A stretch of DNA of 38,229 nucleotides from Octopus bimaculoides. Taxonomy: Eukaryota. How positions within the stretch are numbered: position 1 is the stretch's first letter; each line of letters begins with the position of its first letter. This document shows, one piece after another, positions 22,504 through 33,622 of the stretch. A model generated the notes under the pieces. The model saw nothing but the letters and a program-made list of their open reading frames with translations, did not search any database and was not told the DNA's origin. The DNA is taken from positions 3,589,727 to 3,627,955 of the forward strand of contig NC_068992.1 of assembly GCF_001194135.2 (NCBI RefSeq), given 5' to 3'. The translations under genes and the position numbers were made by a program.

Positions 22504-24329
22504 CACCAAACCTCCTTAAAGTGAGCTAAATTAAAATCTTCTATTAAAATTTCATTTTAATTTCTGTTCTGAACAGAAATTAATAATGAGAAAGTTATTT
22601 TACTAAATACTTCATTATTTTAAAAAAATAATTGAAACAAAAGTTCTATTTCCATAGAAATACGGTAAATATGGTTGATTTACTTAGCTTTTGTTCTCAT
22701 TCTAGAGTACTTATCGTTCTTACTCGCCCTTGTAAAACACATGAGATCTCGAAAACTAAGAAGTTCTCAGATTCAATTGAATATTTACCAAATGGTTAAG
22801 AAAAGGCCGGATTAAAATAATCTGCAGACATCATCTATAGCAATCATGAATGAAAATACAAAAATAGAAGAAGAATAACGAGAAAGATTGTGAAAGACCG
22901 ATGTTATAATTAGCAAAGTCTGAATTAATCTATTTTGGAACAAATAGTAATGACTCAAAGATTATAAAAATATAACATCTTGAAAAGGTTTCTCTTGCTA
23001 TTAATGTTCTACGAGATACTCTGTCCGTCATTAATTGTTCACAAAATTCATTTGTTCGAATTCTTTCATTTCTTTGTTTCATCTCTCAGTAATCTTAGGC
23101 ATTTATCTTAGTATTGCTCTTGGAAATGGAATAAACATCACAATTTTTCATTGATTCAATTTTGTAATTGCGAAGGTTTTGAGCCTGAGTAAGAAATCAT
23201 TTATATANNNNNNNNNNNNNNNNNNNNNNNNNNNNNNNNNNNNNNNNNNNNNNNNNNNNNNNNNNNNNNNNNNNNNNNNNNNNNNNNNNNNNNNNNNNNN
23301 NNNNNNNNNNNNNNNNNNNNNNNNNNNNNNNNNNNNNNNNNNNNNNNNNNNNNNNNNNNNNNNNNNNNNNNNNNNNNNNNNNNNNNNNNNNNNNNNNNNN
23401 NNNNNNNNNNNNNNNNNNNNNNNNNNNNNNNNNNNNNNNNNNNNNNNNNNNNNNNNNNNNNNNNNNNNNNNNNNNNNNNNNNNNNNNNNNNNNNNNNNNN
23501 NNNNNNNNNNNNNNNNNNNNNNNNNNNNNNNNNNNNNNNNNNNNNNNNNNNNNNNNNNNNNNNNNNNNNNNNNNNNNNNNNNNNNNNNNNNNNNNNNNNN
23601 NNNNNNNNNNNNNNNNNNNNNNNNNNNNNNNNNNNNNNNNNNNNNNNNNNNNNNNNNNNNNNNNNNNNNNNNNNNNNNNNNNNNNNNNNNNNNNNNNNNN
23701 NNNNNNNNNNNNNNNNNNNNNNNNNNNNNNNNNNNNNNNNNNNNNNNNNNNNNNNNNNNNNNNNNNNNNNNNNNNNNNNNNNNNNNNNNNNNNNNNNNNN
23801 NNNNNNNNNNNNNNNNNNNNNNNNNNNNNNNNNNNNNNNNNNNNNNNNNNNNNNNNNNNNNNNNNNNNNNNNNNNNNNNNNNNNNNNNNNNNNNNNNNNN
23901 NNNNNNNNNNNNNNNNNNNNNNNNNNNNNNNNNNNNNNNNNNNNNNNNNNNNNNNNNNNNNNNNNNNNNNNNNNNNNNNNNNNNNNNNNNNNNNNNNNNN
24001 NNNNNNNNNNNNNNNNNNNNNNNNNNNNNNNNNNNNNNNNNNNNNNNNNNNNNNNNNNNNNNNNNNNNNNNNNNNNNNNNNNNNNNNNNNNNNNNNNNNN
24101 NNNNNNNNATATATATATATATATAAACAAATCTAATACAAAAAAGTGTAAACACACTTGGTCAGTTCGGAGCGCCCTCTATCCCGAGCGATGGATGTAC
24201 TTCGAAGCAATCATTTCCTCATTAGTAATTATGAGCTAACTACAAGACTAGGTCTCTCTCCTATTAGATTCCAATCAAAATACTTTGACTAGTAGAACTG
24301 TCTGGTCTTAACAAAACACAGATTAGAAA

Positions 24330-24600
24330 CTTTAAGCTGTGATTTATATGAATATAAATTTCTTAACCAGTTCGAATATGTTTGAGACATAGTCGTACTC
24401 GTATTTTGTCGTCACTGCATTTTGCCATCGATACTGACGAGAAAATAATTACTTCGAAATGCTTACATACATCGTTCTACATAGAGAGCGTCCTGGACTG
24501 GCCTAGTCTACTGACATTTTTTATCTACATCGAGAATATTTCTCCATAATGAAATACAGTGATACGCAGATATGCCTCTAGGTTAATTTAGGAAGATCCA
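24330..24600 (+). mobile_element. Highly degraded CR1/L2/Jockey-type reverse transcriptase fragment
   Basis: Translation ESVLDWPSLLTFFIYIENISP**NTVIRRYAS resembles the RT motif QGSVLGPLLFLIYINDL...IRxYADD. Multiple stops. Confidence 0.4.
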
Positions 24601-25069
24601 TTTGATCTGATCTCCTCTGTATTACTATATACATATATACATACACACACACATACACACATCTATACATACATACATACATACATACATACATACATAC
24701 ATACATACATACCTATAGGATAAAACTCCCGTGTGCTAACGATTCTGTCAGCTAGTCGTCTTGGATAAATAAGTAATATTCCCTCTTTAATAACTGAAAT
24801 ATTCTTACACTTAGACTTAAGACATTTCAATATACAAGCATACCTCAACTTATGTAGTTTCGAGTTATAACTTTTTCGACTTCACGTTGTTATTTTACAG
24901 AAATTAACGAAAAAATTTAGAACTTAATAAACGTCCATTTATCTGAATTTACTACAGTCTCAACGAACATATTGAAAAAGCATAACAATAAAAAAAAACA
25001 CACCCAAAACCATACTGAAGTGGAGAATCAGATTTAAAAAAATGTGAAGATATGTACAAACCATTTATT

Positions 25070-25251
25070 CGTTTCTACTCTTGGCACAAGGAACCAATAC
25101 GCAACTGGTACTTAATTTATCGACTCTGAAAGGATAAAAGGCAAAGTTGACTTCGGTGGAATTTGAACTCAGAACGTAAAGACAGACGAAATACCACGAA
25201 GCATTTTGCCCGGCCTGATAGCGTTCCTGCCAGCTCACCGCCTAAGTAGAT
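25070..25251 (-). mobile_element. SINE family A with 10-bp target-site duplication
   Basis: Family A homology. ACCATTTATT occurs at 25060-25069 and 25252-25261. Confidence 0.85.
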
Positions 25252-25477
25252 ACCATTTATTGAAACAGAAATGGGCTAAGAAATTTCTTAAACTGTATTT
25301 TTTCGTGTTACGTCGTTTTCGAGTTAAGTCGTATGTTTTGGAACCAGTTGCCGACGTAAGTTGAGGTACGTTACTTTGTAGACTGTTGTTTAGTTTATAT
25401 ATACCCTTTGTCATTCGTGAAGATTTGCTACCTGTGATAACCTTGATGTTTGGCGGGAAGCTGGCTCTGTCTGGTGC

Positions 25478-25712
25478 GATTCAAATATTTGACTCGTGTT
25501 TCAAAGAAAAGAAATAAACTTCATTCAGACTTTGAAACAGTCAGCAGCTTGAAGACAATACAATTCCCACTAAAAGTGAGTAAACCATCATGTTTCCTTT
25601 ACCTGGCAGCAGGTAAACGTGTGTCGAGATATGTGCTAAAAGTAACAGCACCGACTTCAGCAATTTCAGAAGCCAGAGTTCATTGAACTCTCCTCGTGGT
25701 TTACTTACGTGG
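25478..25712 (+). repeat. Copy 1 of a locally duplicated ~240-bp exon-like/regulatory element
   Basis: Colinear with 27036-27266: gactc.tgtttcaaagaaaa...ttcattcag.ctttgaaacagtcagcagct.gaagac...taaaccatc..atg.ttcctttacct.gcagcaggtaaa...aacagcac...ttgaac...gtttacttac.tg. Confidence 0.85.
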
Positions 25713-26088
25713 CACACACACAGCGGTATTGCAGGCAGGGGTAGAACATTGATCCTTGCGGCTTACTTGCCTGGCAAAACAGGGTAGGAAGAAGGAGAGG
25801 GAGAGAGTGGGGAAGTAGGAGAGTGAGAGAGGAAGGTAGTAAGCAAAAAGAAAGGGGGAATTTGTAGGGGGAATGACTTAGTGTTTGCTCGGGTAAGATG
25901 AGTAGAATATTAAGTTAAAGACCTCTGAGAATGGTTCTGAAACAGAAGACGGAAAAAAATGTACAGTGTTCATAAATTAACTTTGCAACATTCACATTTC
26001 CATACATCAAATTGTAAAGATTATTTATAGGCATTGTGTAGATATCGCATTAGTTGGTATATCTGTTAATTGGTTGACAATATGTTGA

Positions 26089-26511
26089 GGGCGGCGAGCT
26101 GGCAGAAACGTTAGCACGCCGGGCGAAATGCTTTGCGGTATTTCGTCTGTTTTTACGTTCTGAATTCAAATTCCGCCGAGGTCAACTTTACCTTTCATCC
26201 TTTCGGGGTCGATAAATTAAGTACCAGTTGCGTATTGTGGTCGATGTAGTCGACTTAATCCCTTTGTCTGTCCTTGTTTGTCCCCTTATGCTTAGCCCCT
26301 TCTGGGCAATAAAGAAATAAGAATCGTTAGCACGCCGGGCGAAATGCTTAACGGTATTTCGTCTGCTGTTACGTTCTGAGTTCAAATTCTACCGAGGTCG
26401 ACTGTGCTTTCATCCTTTTGGGGTCGATTAAATAAGCACCAGTTATACATTGAGATCGATGTCCTTGTTTGTCCTCTCTATGTTTATCCCCCTGTGGGCA
26501 ATAAAGAAATA
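26089..26511 (+). mobile_element. Head-to-tail dimer of SINE family A with 10-bp target-site duplication
   Basis: Unit 1 spans ~26089-26320. Unit 2 (~26321-26511) lacks the A-box. Both end in gggcaataaagaaataa. AATATGTTGA occurs at 26079-26088 and 26512-26521. Confidence 0.85.
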
Positions 26512-26519
26512 AATATGTT

Positions 26520-26960
26520 GATGGGTATACAGTCGTTAAATGGTTTAAAGTTGTTTAACTAGTACGTAGTTTGTTAATTATTATAGACATGTTTCAATGG
26601 TATATGGTTTCTTAATTGGTACAAATACGGCGTGTTAACTGCTATACAATTCGTTAAGCGCAGCACAATCTCTTAACTGATAATTAATTGGCATACACAG
26701 TATTAATTAATCTACAGTTGCTTAACTGGCATATAATTCATTAATGGTATACAGTTGTTAATATGTATGTTTGTTTAACTGGCATATTGTTCGTCAAGTG
26801 GTATACAGTATGTTAATGGGTATATAAAAAATTAATTAGTTAATGGGAATACAGAATGTTAATTAGTTACTCTGTATACAATTGTTTAATTGGTATACAG
26901 TATGTTAATTAATATTCTTTATGCTACTTTGTATGTGTACAACTTTTTAAGTGGTATGCT
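26520..26960. repeat. Degenerate ~19-bp minisatellite (approximate consensus TGGTATACAGTTGTTAAT)
   Basis: Recurrent ggtatacagt...ttaa units, e.g. at 26524, 26746, 26801 and 26892. Similar units at 26050-26075 lie on the other side of the SINE dimer. Confidence 0.6.
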
Positions 26961-27035
26961 GTATATAGATTGCGAACGTCAAATTACGTTGCTTTAACGG
27001 GAAATGTTTTGTGGGCAGTTAGATGCAACGGCTGC

Positions 27036-27266
27036 GTTTCAAAGATTCGACTCATGTTTCAAAGAAAAAAACATAAAATTCATTCAGTCTTTGAAACAGT
27101 CAGCAGCTCGAAGACGCAGCACAATGTCCTCCAGAAATAATAAACCATCTTATGCTTCCTTTACCTAGCAGCAGGTAAATGCTCGTCTACATGTGTAGCA
27201 ACAACAACAGCACGAATAGAAGACTGAGGATATTGAACCGTGTTCTCTGTTTTACTTACATGTCAC
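27036..27266 (+). repeat. Copy 2 of the locally duplicated exon-like/regulatory element
   Basis: Colinear with 25478-25712 and retains both palindromes, the acceptor, the ATG and the donor. Confidence 0.85.
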
Positions 27267-27461
27267 GGAGACACAATGATATAAATGGATCTCAGTCTGT
27301 TTCAACGATGACGAGATTCAGTTGTGTGATCACACTGTCGACCTGGCCTTTCGTCCTTCTCTCAAACTAATAAGTCCAGTCAATTAACTCTCCCTAAAAC
27401 AAATAAACAATGATCTTGTGCTGTCGAGAAAATCAAACAGGATAATTATATCCATATTAAT

Positions 27462-28416
27462 AGTTTTAAATTCTGGTACAAGACCAGCAACATATTTTTT
27501 TAGAGGGGAGAGGGTCATTAACTACATTGAAATCAGCACTTGACTGGTGTTTCATTTTATCACCCACCCACCGAAAAGATAAACGGCAAAGTTAACCTCG
27601 GCAAGATTTGAGTTCAAAACGTAAAAAATTGAGAGAAATAGTGCTAAGTATTTTGCTCGATACTCGATTCTGCCAGCTCGAATAATAATATTTTCACATT
27701 TTGGCACAAGGCCAGCAATTTCGAGGCAGTGGGTGAGTTGATTATTTCGATCACAGTAATCAACTAGTACTTATTTTATTGACTCCGAAATTGACATGCA
27801 GTTGTTTAATTAGTATAAGTTTGTCAATTGTCATCCGAAAGGATGAAAGGCAAAGTGGACCTCGGCGGAATTTGAACTCAGAACGTAAAAACAGACGATA
27901 TACCGATAAGTATTTCGCTCGGCGTACTAACGATTCTGCCAGCTCACCGGTTTCCGCGTGATTAACGAACATTAATTTCAAATTTTGACACAAGGCCAGC
28001 AATTTCAGAGGAGAGGGTAAGTCGATTACATCGACTCCAGTGCTCAACAGGTAGTTACTTTATTGACCTCGAAAGACGGGACGAAATGTCGCTTCCGGCG
28101 TGTTAACGTTTCTGTCAGCTCTTCACCCATCAGTAATTAACTAACATTAAGAAACTATATACAATTAACTAACTACATACCAAACAAACGACTAAGAATA
28201 GTATTCTTTTCTACTTTAGGCACAAAGCCTGAAAGTTTTGGGGAGGCGGCCCAGTCGATTAGATCGACCCAGTACACAACTGGTACTTAATTTATCGACC
28301 ACGAAAGGATAAAAAGGTGAAGCCAGCCTTAGCGGAATTTGAACTCAGAACGTAAATATAGAAATACCGTTAAGCATTTCTCCCCGTGTGCTAACGTTTC
28401 TACCAGTTCGCCGCCT
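27462..28416 (-). mobile_element. Cluster of four consecutive same-orientation family A SINEs (~27462-27680, 27691-27950, 27973-28125, 28201-28416)
   Basis: Each unit has the ...cacaaggcc...gtactt...ttatcgac/tgac...gaaag... backbone and ends at or near gccagctc(a/g)ccgc. The copies differ by internal indels. Confidence 0.85.
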
Positions 28417-28936
28417 TGATTAACGAATCTATTGAGTTTATATATTTTTTTAATCAAACAAGCAATTGGTTCATCAAAGCTAAGCGTTTAACACTAAAAG
28501 GTGACTCCAATACAGACGAATAAGTTTCGCGGGCTCAGCTTGCCTATTAATTGTTAGTAGGTCATGTGGTTGTATAAACCAGTCATCACCACTACCAAGC
28601 AAATCCAGGTTCAAATCCTCCCNNNNNNNNNNAAAAAAAATGGCCGAAAGAAAGAAACTATATTGATAAGCAAAAAAAAAAAAAAAGGAAATCAAAAGAA
28701 AAAAAAGATCCTCACAAAACTAGCATTTCGCCTAAAACCTTCGTTTCAAGTACATAGCGACACCTTCCGGCGGTTGCTAAACAAAAACATTCTACTCCTC
28801 TTTCTGTTTGTTTTCATTATTTCCCTGCATTAATTACATTAATCATCTCCTACCCCCATCCCCCTCTTCATTATATCAAATTTATTCCCCCCCCCATCTT
28901 TTACCTTTACATTTTTTACATTAGANNNNNNNNNNC

Positions 28937-29258
28937 TTTCTCTCTCTCTCTCTCTCTCTCTCTGTCTTTCTGTCTCTCTGTCTTTCTGTCTCTCTGTCTT
29001 TCTGTCTCTCTGTCTTCCTGTCTCTCCTCCCTATTCATCTCGTTCATTATTTTTACCCACCCCACTCATTATTCCCCCCTCCCTCTCCTCTCATTCTCAA
29101 CCTCCCCACCATCACCTCCTCCTTCTCCGTCTCACTATTTCTCCACTTACTCTCCCATTCCCGCCTTTCTACATATTCCTTTTCGATCCACACACACTCT
29201 TTCTTTCTCTCTCTCTCTCTTCAATTCTTCAACAGATACTCTCTCACTCTCTATCCTT

Positions 29259-29309
<51 letters not shown>

Positions 29310-29390
29310 CGCAATCGTTTCCTCCCTCTTTCCTTGCTCTCTATCAATCCCTATTCTCCCCTCACACTCTCTCTCTCTATACCATCTCCT
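28937..29390. repeat. (CT)n and CT-rich polypyrimidine tract
   Basis: Long (CT)n runs plus about five copies of CTCTCTGTCTTTCTGT, seen directly. Confidence 0.9.
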
Positions 29391-29464
29391 CCACTTACAC
29401 TTATATTTTCAATTCATTGATGTCCCAGTAACCTAAATATGTGTGTGTCTAAGAGAGGTGGTCA

Positions 29465-29490
29465 AAGTAGTAGTAGTAGTAGTAGCAGCG

Positions 29491-29530
<40 letters not shown>

Positions 29531-29793
29531 CATTAATGATGGAGGAGATGGTGATGACGGTAACGGTAGTGATGATAGTAGTTGTAGCAATGTTGGTGGT
29601 ATTAATAATAATAATAATAATAGCACTGGTGGTGGTGGTAGTGACGATGGTGGAGTGGTAATAATAATAATAATAGTTGTGGGGGTGGGGGTGGTGGAGG
29701 TGGTAGTGGTGGCGGTGGTAGTGGTAGTGTTGTTGTTGGTTGTGGTGGTGGTAGTGGTGGTGGTATTAGTGGTGGTGGTGGTGGTACTAGTAC

Positions 29794-29825
<32 letters not shown>
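29465..29825. repeat. Compound trinucleotide microsatellite (GTA)n/(GGT)n/(ATA)n
   Basis: Seen directly. It explains the poly-Ser, poly-Val and poly-Thr ORFs listed at 29439-29873. Confidence 0.95.
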
Positions 29826-30976
29826 CCAGCTGCCACAGCAGCAGCTAAGAGGGCTGTACATCCAAGGATTTAACGACGATTACTGTTCCATTAATGACGG
29901 CTGGCGATCATATATATATACACTGTATATATAAAAAAAACATAAAAGTAATGAAATAGAAAAAGAAAACTATTTAGGTTAATAACTCTTTCTATTATAT
30001 CTTACCCCAAATTAAGAAGATCCCTCTCTCTTCTACTTCTTTCTCATTAATCCCTCCCTCCCTATGCATACACACACAAACACACACATATATATACATA
30101 CATACACACCTACATATATATATATACAAACATACATGCATGCATACATTTATATACACATTCACACAGACATTATTTAAAGCCCCTACCATGTTCGTTA
30201 ATTACCCCCCTCCACTTCACCCATTAATTACATATCTATTCCCAATATTAGCTATCTCCTTTCAAAATCAACTTCCATAATCCTTCTCCCTACAGTTGTT
30301 ACCAGCCTCCATCAACATTAGAAAAAAGTCTACTTATTCTCATTATTTTAGCCACACTTCATAATCTAACATACTCACGTCATTCTACTATCATATAAGC
30401 TTAACCTCTTTTGTCACTACATTAACTAGCCTCAAAATCTCTGCTTTTGCCTTCAGTACTTGCCCAGCTTTTGCCACAAATATTACCTATGTTTATGTAT
30501 GGATTACATTTGAAATCACTGCAAAACAAAATCCCTTTATTATCATCACATCACGGCTCTGCGAACGAAGGTTTATAAAAGAGATTGAGTACGTCAGCTA
30601 CAGGTTCACTGATGTCTGACGAATCCAATACGAAACTTGGAGGTCAAGGTGTAGGGATCAAAGCGTAGTGACTGAAAGGGAAATGTCTGTTTCGAGTTCG
30701 TTACTGTTGTGTCATCGTTCAACCTCAATCTCCTTTCTCCTTTCTTTCCTTTGCTCTCCATTAATTACTCACTCTAGACTCTACAGTAATTACATTACAT
30801 TAATTACTTATTCTACATCGTATTATCTCTCCGTTAAACACACCACTTCACCTCCACATTAAATCCCCAAATTCAATTCTTTATTCCCTCATACGTTCTT
30901 CTTTACAACGTAATATACTGCACTAACATCTATTTAACTAATGATAATAATGATAACAACAACAATAACAAAAATG

Positions 30977-31004
<28 letters not shown>

Positions 31005-31008
<4 letters not shown>

Positions 31009-31124
31009 CTTTTTTACGAAAGGCCCAAGGCCTGAAATTCTGGGAGAGGGGCTAGTCAGTTATATCGACCCTAGTACGCAACTGGTATTTGCCAGGCTTG
31101 CTAACGATTCTGCTAGCTCACCGC
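31005..31124 (-). mobile_element. SINE family A, internally deleted, inserted in an (AAT)n tract
   Basis: The family A 3' part is joined directly to the head remnant gctaacgattctgctagctcaccgc. Confidence 0.75.
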
Positions 31125-31850
31125 AATAATAACATAAACAAGATAGAAAACAAAGATTAAACATCTCGAAAATGAAAACGATGCATGAGCAAAACCTGAG
31201 AGAAATGGAAAGGAAAGACAAGACCAATCGCTGGAGGTGGCTAAGGTAAAAAGGGGATCTGAAAAGATGTACTGAGACATTGATATGCAACGTCCAGGAA
31301 CAAGCTCTGAGAACTAATTGCACCAGGTTCCAAATAGACAAGAGCAGTGAATCGCTGCTTTGTAGGATGTGTGACTGCAAAGTCGAAACACATTGTGAGT
31401 GAATGCAACAAACCGGCCCAAAAGGAATACAAAAAAGACATGATGGCGTAGCTAAGCTTGTTCACTGGAGATTGTGTGAGAAGTAGGGTCTTGAAAGAAC
31501 ATGGAAATGGTACGAACTTAAAGGCGTCACTGAGAATAATGAGTATAAGGACCTTATGGGATTTTAAAATCCAACTATTGTCATAGTGGATAAAAAAATA
31601 AAAAAAAAGGAAGACAAGATGATAGATATTGCCATATTTGGGGATGCATGAGTGGGTGACAATGAGGTGGAAAAAACTGAAAAGTACAAGCTACTAAAAG
31701 ATGAAATTGCATGAATGTAGGCAACGAAGAGAGTAACTGTTATCCCAGGGATACTAGGAGCATTAACAACTAGGTATGAAAAATTTGTTGGAGAACTTGC
31801 TTTTTGGGGGACAGTGAGGATTTTGAGACTGTTTATCTTGATATGAGATC
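31125..31850 (+). mobile_element. 5'-truncated, degraded R4/Dong-clade non-LTR retrotransposon (CCHC finger plus restriction-like endonuclease)
   Basis: Frameshifted translation: MHEQNLREMERKDK..WRWL..GDLKRCTETLICNVQEQALRTN...CRMCDCKVE/HIVSECNKPAQKEYK/RHDGVAKLVHWRLC...WDFKIQ...IVIVDKK...MIDIAIFGD...EKTEKYKLLKDEI. It sits next to an (AAT)n tract, the known Dong target type. Confidence 0.8.
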
Positions 31851-31851
31851 A

Positions 31852-32017
31852 TCATGTCGCGCACATGTGGTTGTGATTCATGTGCCTGGTGTACCCTTAT
31901 CAGACGAGTAGTCATGATGGGTATATTGAGCTTCGTATAATTGTACCCCAGTGTCACTTTGATGGCTTGCGCTGCTCTCCCTCAATAATAATGATGATGA
32001 TGATGATGATGATGATG
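31852..32017 (+). mobile_element. Retroposon 3' tail ending in (AAT)/(GAT)n
   Basis: gtgcctggtgtacccttatcagacg...ccccagtgtcactttgatggc...tcaataataat is recalled as a common cephalopod repeat; it is single-copy in this window. Confidence 0.4.
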
Positions 32018-32119
32018 TTGATAATTTAGCGAGTCTGAGAATTGCAGTTCTGTAATTTTTCCCTGAACAACCTGCGCAGATGCTTGTTTATAGTGAACAA
32101 ACGGATTTGCTGCATATAA

Positions 32120-32285
32120 TCGACATTGCCTGTACAGCGGCATAGCGTGTCACACGTCAGATGTCGAAGTGATGGCAGAAATAGCTTTGAATGGTTTTAC
32201 ACAAGAGCACAATGCACCGCTCGATACTGGAACTCGAGTTTACTCTCTCACGATCTCGAGTGCAACAACCTAACTAATAAACCAC
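32120..32285 (-). mobile_element. Old SINE copy related to families C/D
   Basis: ggttttacacaagagcacaatgcaccgctcg.tactggaactcga...acgatctcgagtgcaacaacctaac parallels 22400-22490. Confidence 0.5.
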
Positions 32286-33574
32286 ACTAATAAACCCGCG
32301 CCTATTTACATATCTAGACATAAATTAGCAATCATGAGGGTTACTAGACACCACTGTCTATTGTTATCTGGCCCAGACAGCCAGGGAAATATCGTCTGCC
32401 TTTGCATTCATGGACGATAATTATCTAATCAGCTTTCCACGGACTTTAAGGTAAACGAAGCGCATTTACAGAAAGTAAAGAGTAGAAGAGAAAACTTACT
32501 TTCCGATCAATTTTACAAATTTGATGAATGAGTCTAAGACGACATGAATGAATAAAGGTTGAATTTCCAGTTTCATATTGAAGCTGTATTAAGGATTTAT
32601 CCAGAACAAAGAGCTTCCAATTGGCCTTTTTCTCTCTCTCTCAATAGGTATTTATTTTATATTTCTTTAGAAGCGTAATCAATGTACGTTTTATGTGTAT
32701 TGTCCGTTTCTGTGTGTGCGTATAAGTGTAAATGATATGTGGATGTTTATATATGTATGTGTATGTGTGTTTGGATGTACTAGAGTGCATGTCTATGCAT
32801 GTGGTCTGTGGGTATTTATATAATATGTATGTGTGTGTTTTCATGTGTGTGAGTGTATGAGTATGTAATATGTGGGTGTTTATATATATGGGTGTTTATA
32901 TGTATGTATGTATACATGTATATATGTATGTATGTATGTATGTATATGTGAGCGCGTGAGAGTGTGCGTGGGTGTACGCGTGGGTGTGCATGAGTGCGTT
33001 TGTGAGTGCGTGTGTGTGTATAATATTTTAACTCAGCACTAGTCTTCGAGTCTTTTATTTTGATAATGGCCTAATTAAGATGCTAAACTACCACTGTCAT
33101 ATATATATATATATATATATATANNNNNNNNNNNNNNNNNNNNNNNNNNNNNNNNNNNNNNNNNNNNNNNNNNNNNNNNNNNNNNNNNNNNNNNNNNNNN
33201 NNNNNNNNNNNNNNNNNNNNNNNNNNNNNNNNNNNNNNNNNNNNNNNNNNNNNNNNNNNNNNNNNNNNNNNNNNNNNNNNNNNNNNNNNNNNNNNNNNNN
33301 NNNNNNNNNNNNNNNNNNNNNNNNNNNNNNNNNNNNNNNNNNNNNNNNNNNNNNNNNNNNNNNNNNNNNNNNNNNNNNNNNNNNNNNNNNNNNNNNNNNN
33401 NNNNNNNNNNNNNNNNNNNNNTATATATATATATATATATGTATATATATGTATATATATGTATATATGTATATATATATGTATATATGTGTATATATAT
33501 ATGTATATATATGTATATATATGTATATATATATGTATATTTGTATATATATATGTATGCATATATATATTTAA

Positions 33575-33622
<48 letters not shown>

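Noticed and set aside
22690-23100. Minus-strand hydrophobic translation resembling a Cys-loop receptor TM4 (AIDDVCRLF)
   Set aside because: It has many stops and the hydrophobicity reflects the A-rich plus strand, which faintly resembles a decayed RTE-type RT. Neither reading is supportable.
24433-24470. CTGACGA-GAA...TTC-GAAA hammerhead-like string
   Set aside because: There is no helix III or contiguous stem I, and it lies inside a degraded reverse transcriptase fragment.
27462-28416. CRISPR-like repeat array
   Set aside because: The context is eukaryotic and the units are ~200-bp diverged SINEs, not short identical repeats with spacers.
29439-29873. Poly-Ser, poly-Val and poly-Thr ORFs on both strands
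   Set aside because: They are translations of a compound trinucleotide microsatellite with no unique coding signal.
30619-30645. CTGACGA-atccaatac-GAAAC hammerhead-like string (similar partial cores at 37545 and 38119)
   Set aside because: Stem II cannot form and there is no matching stem I or III.
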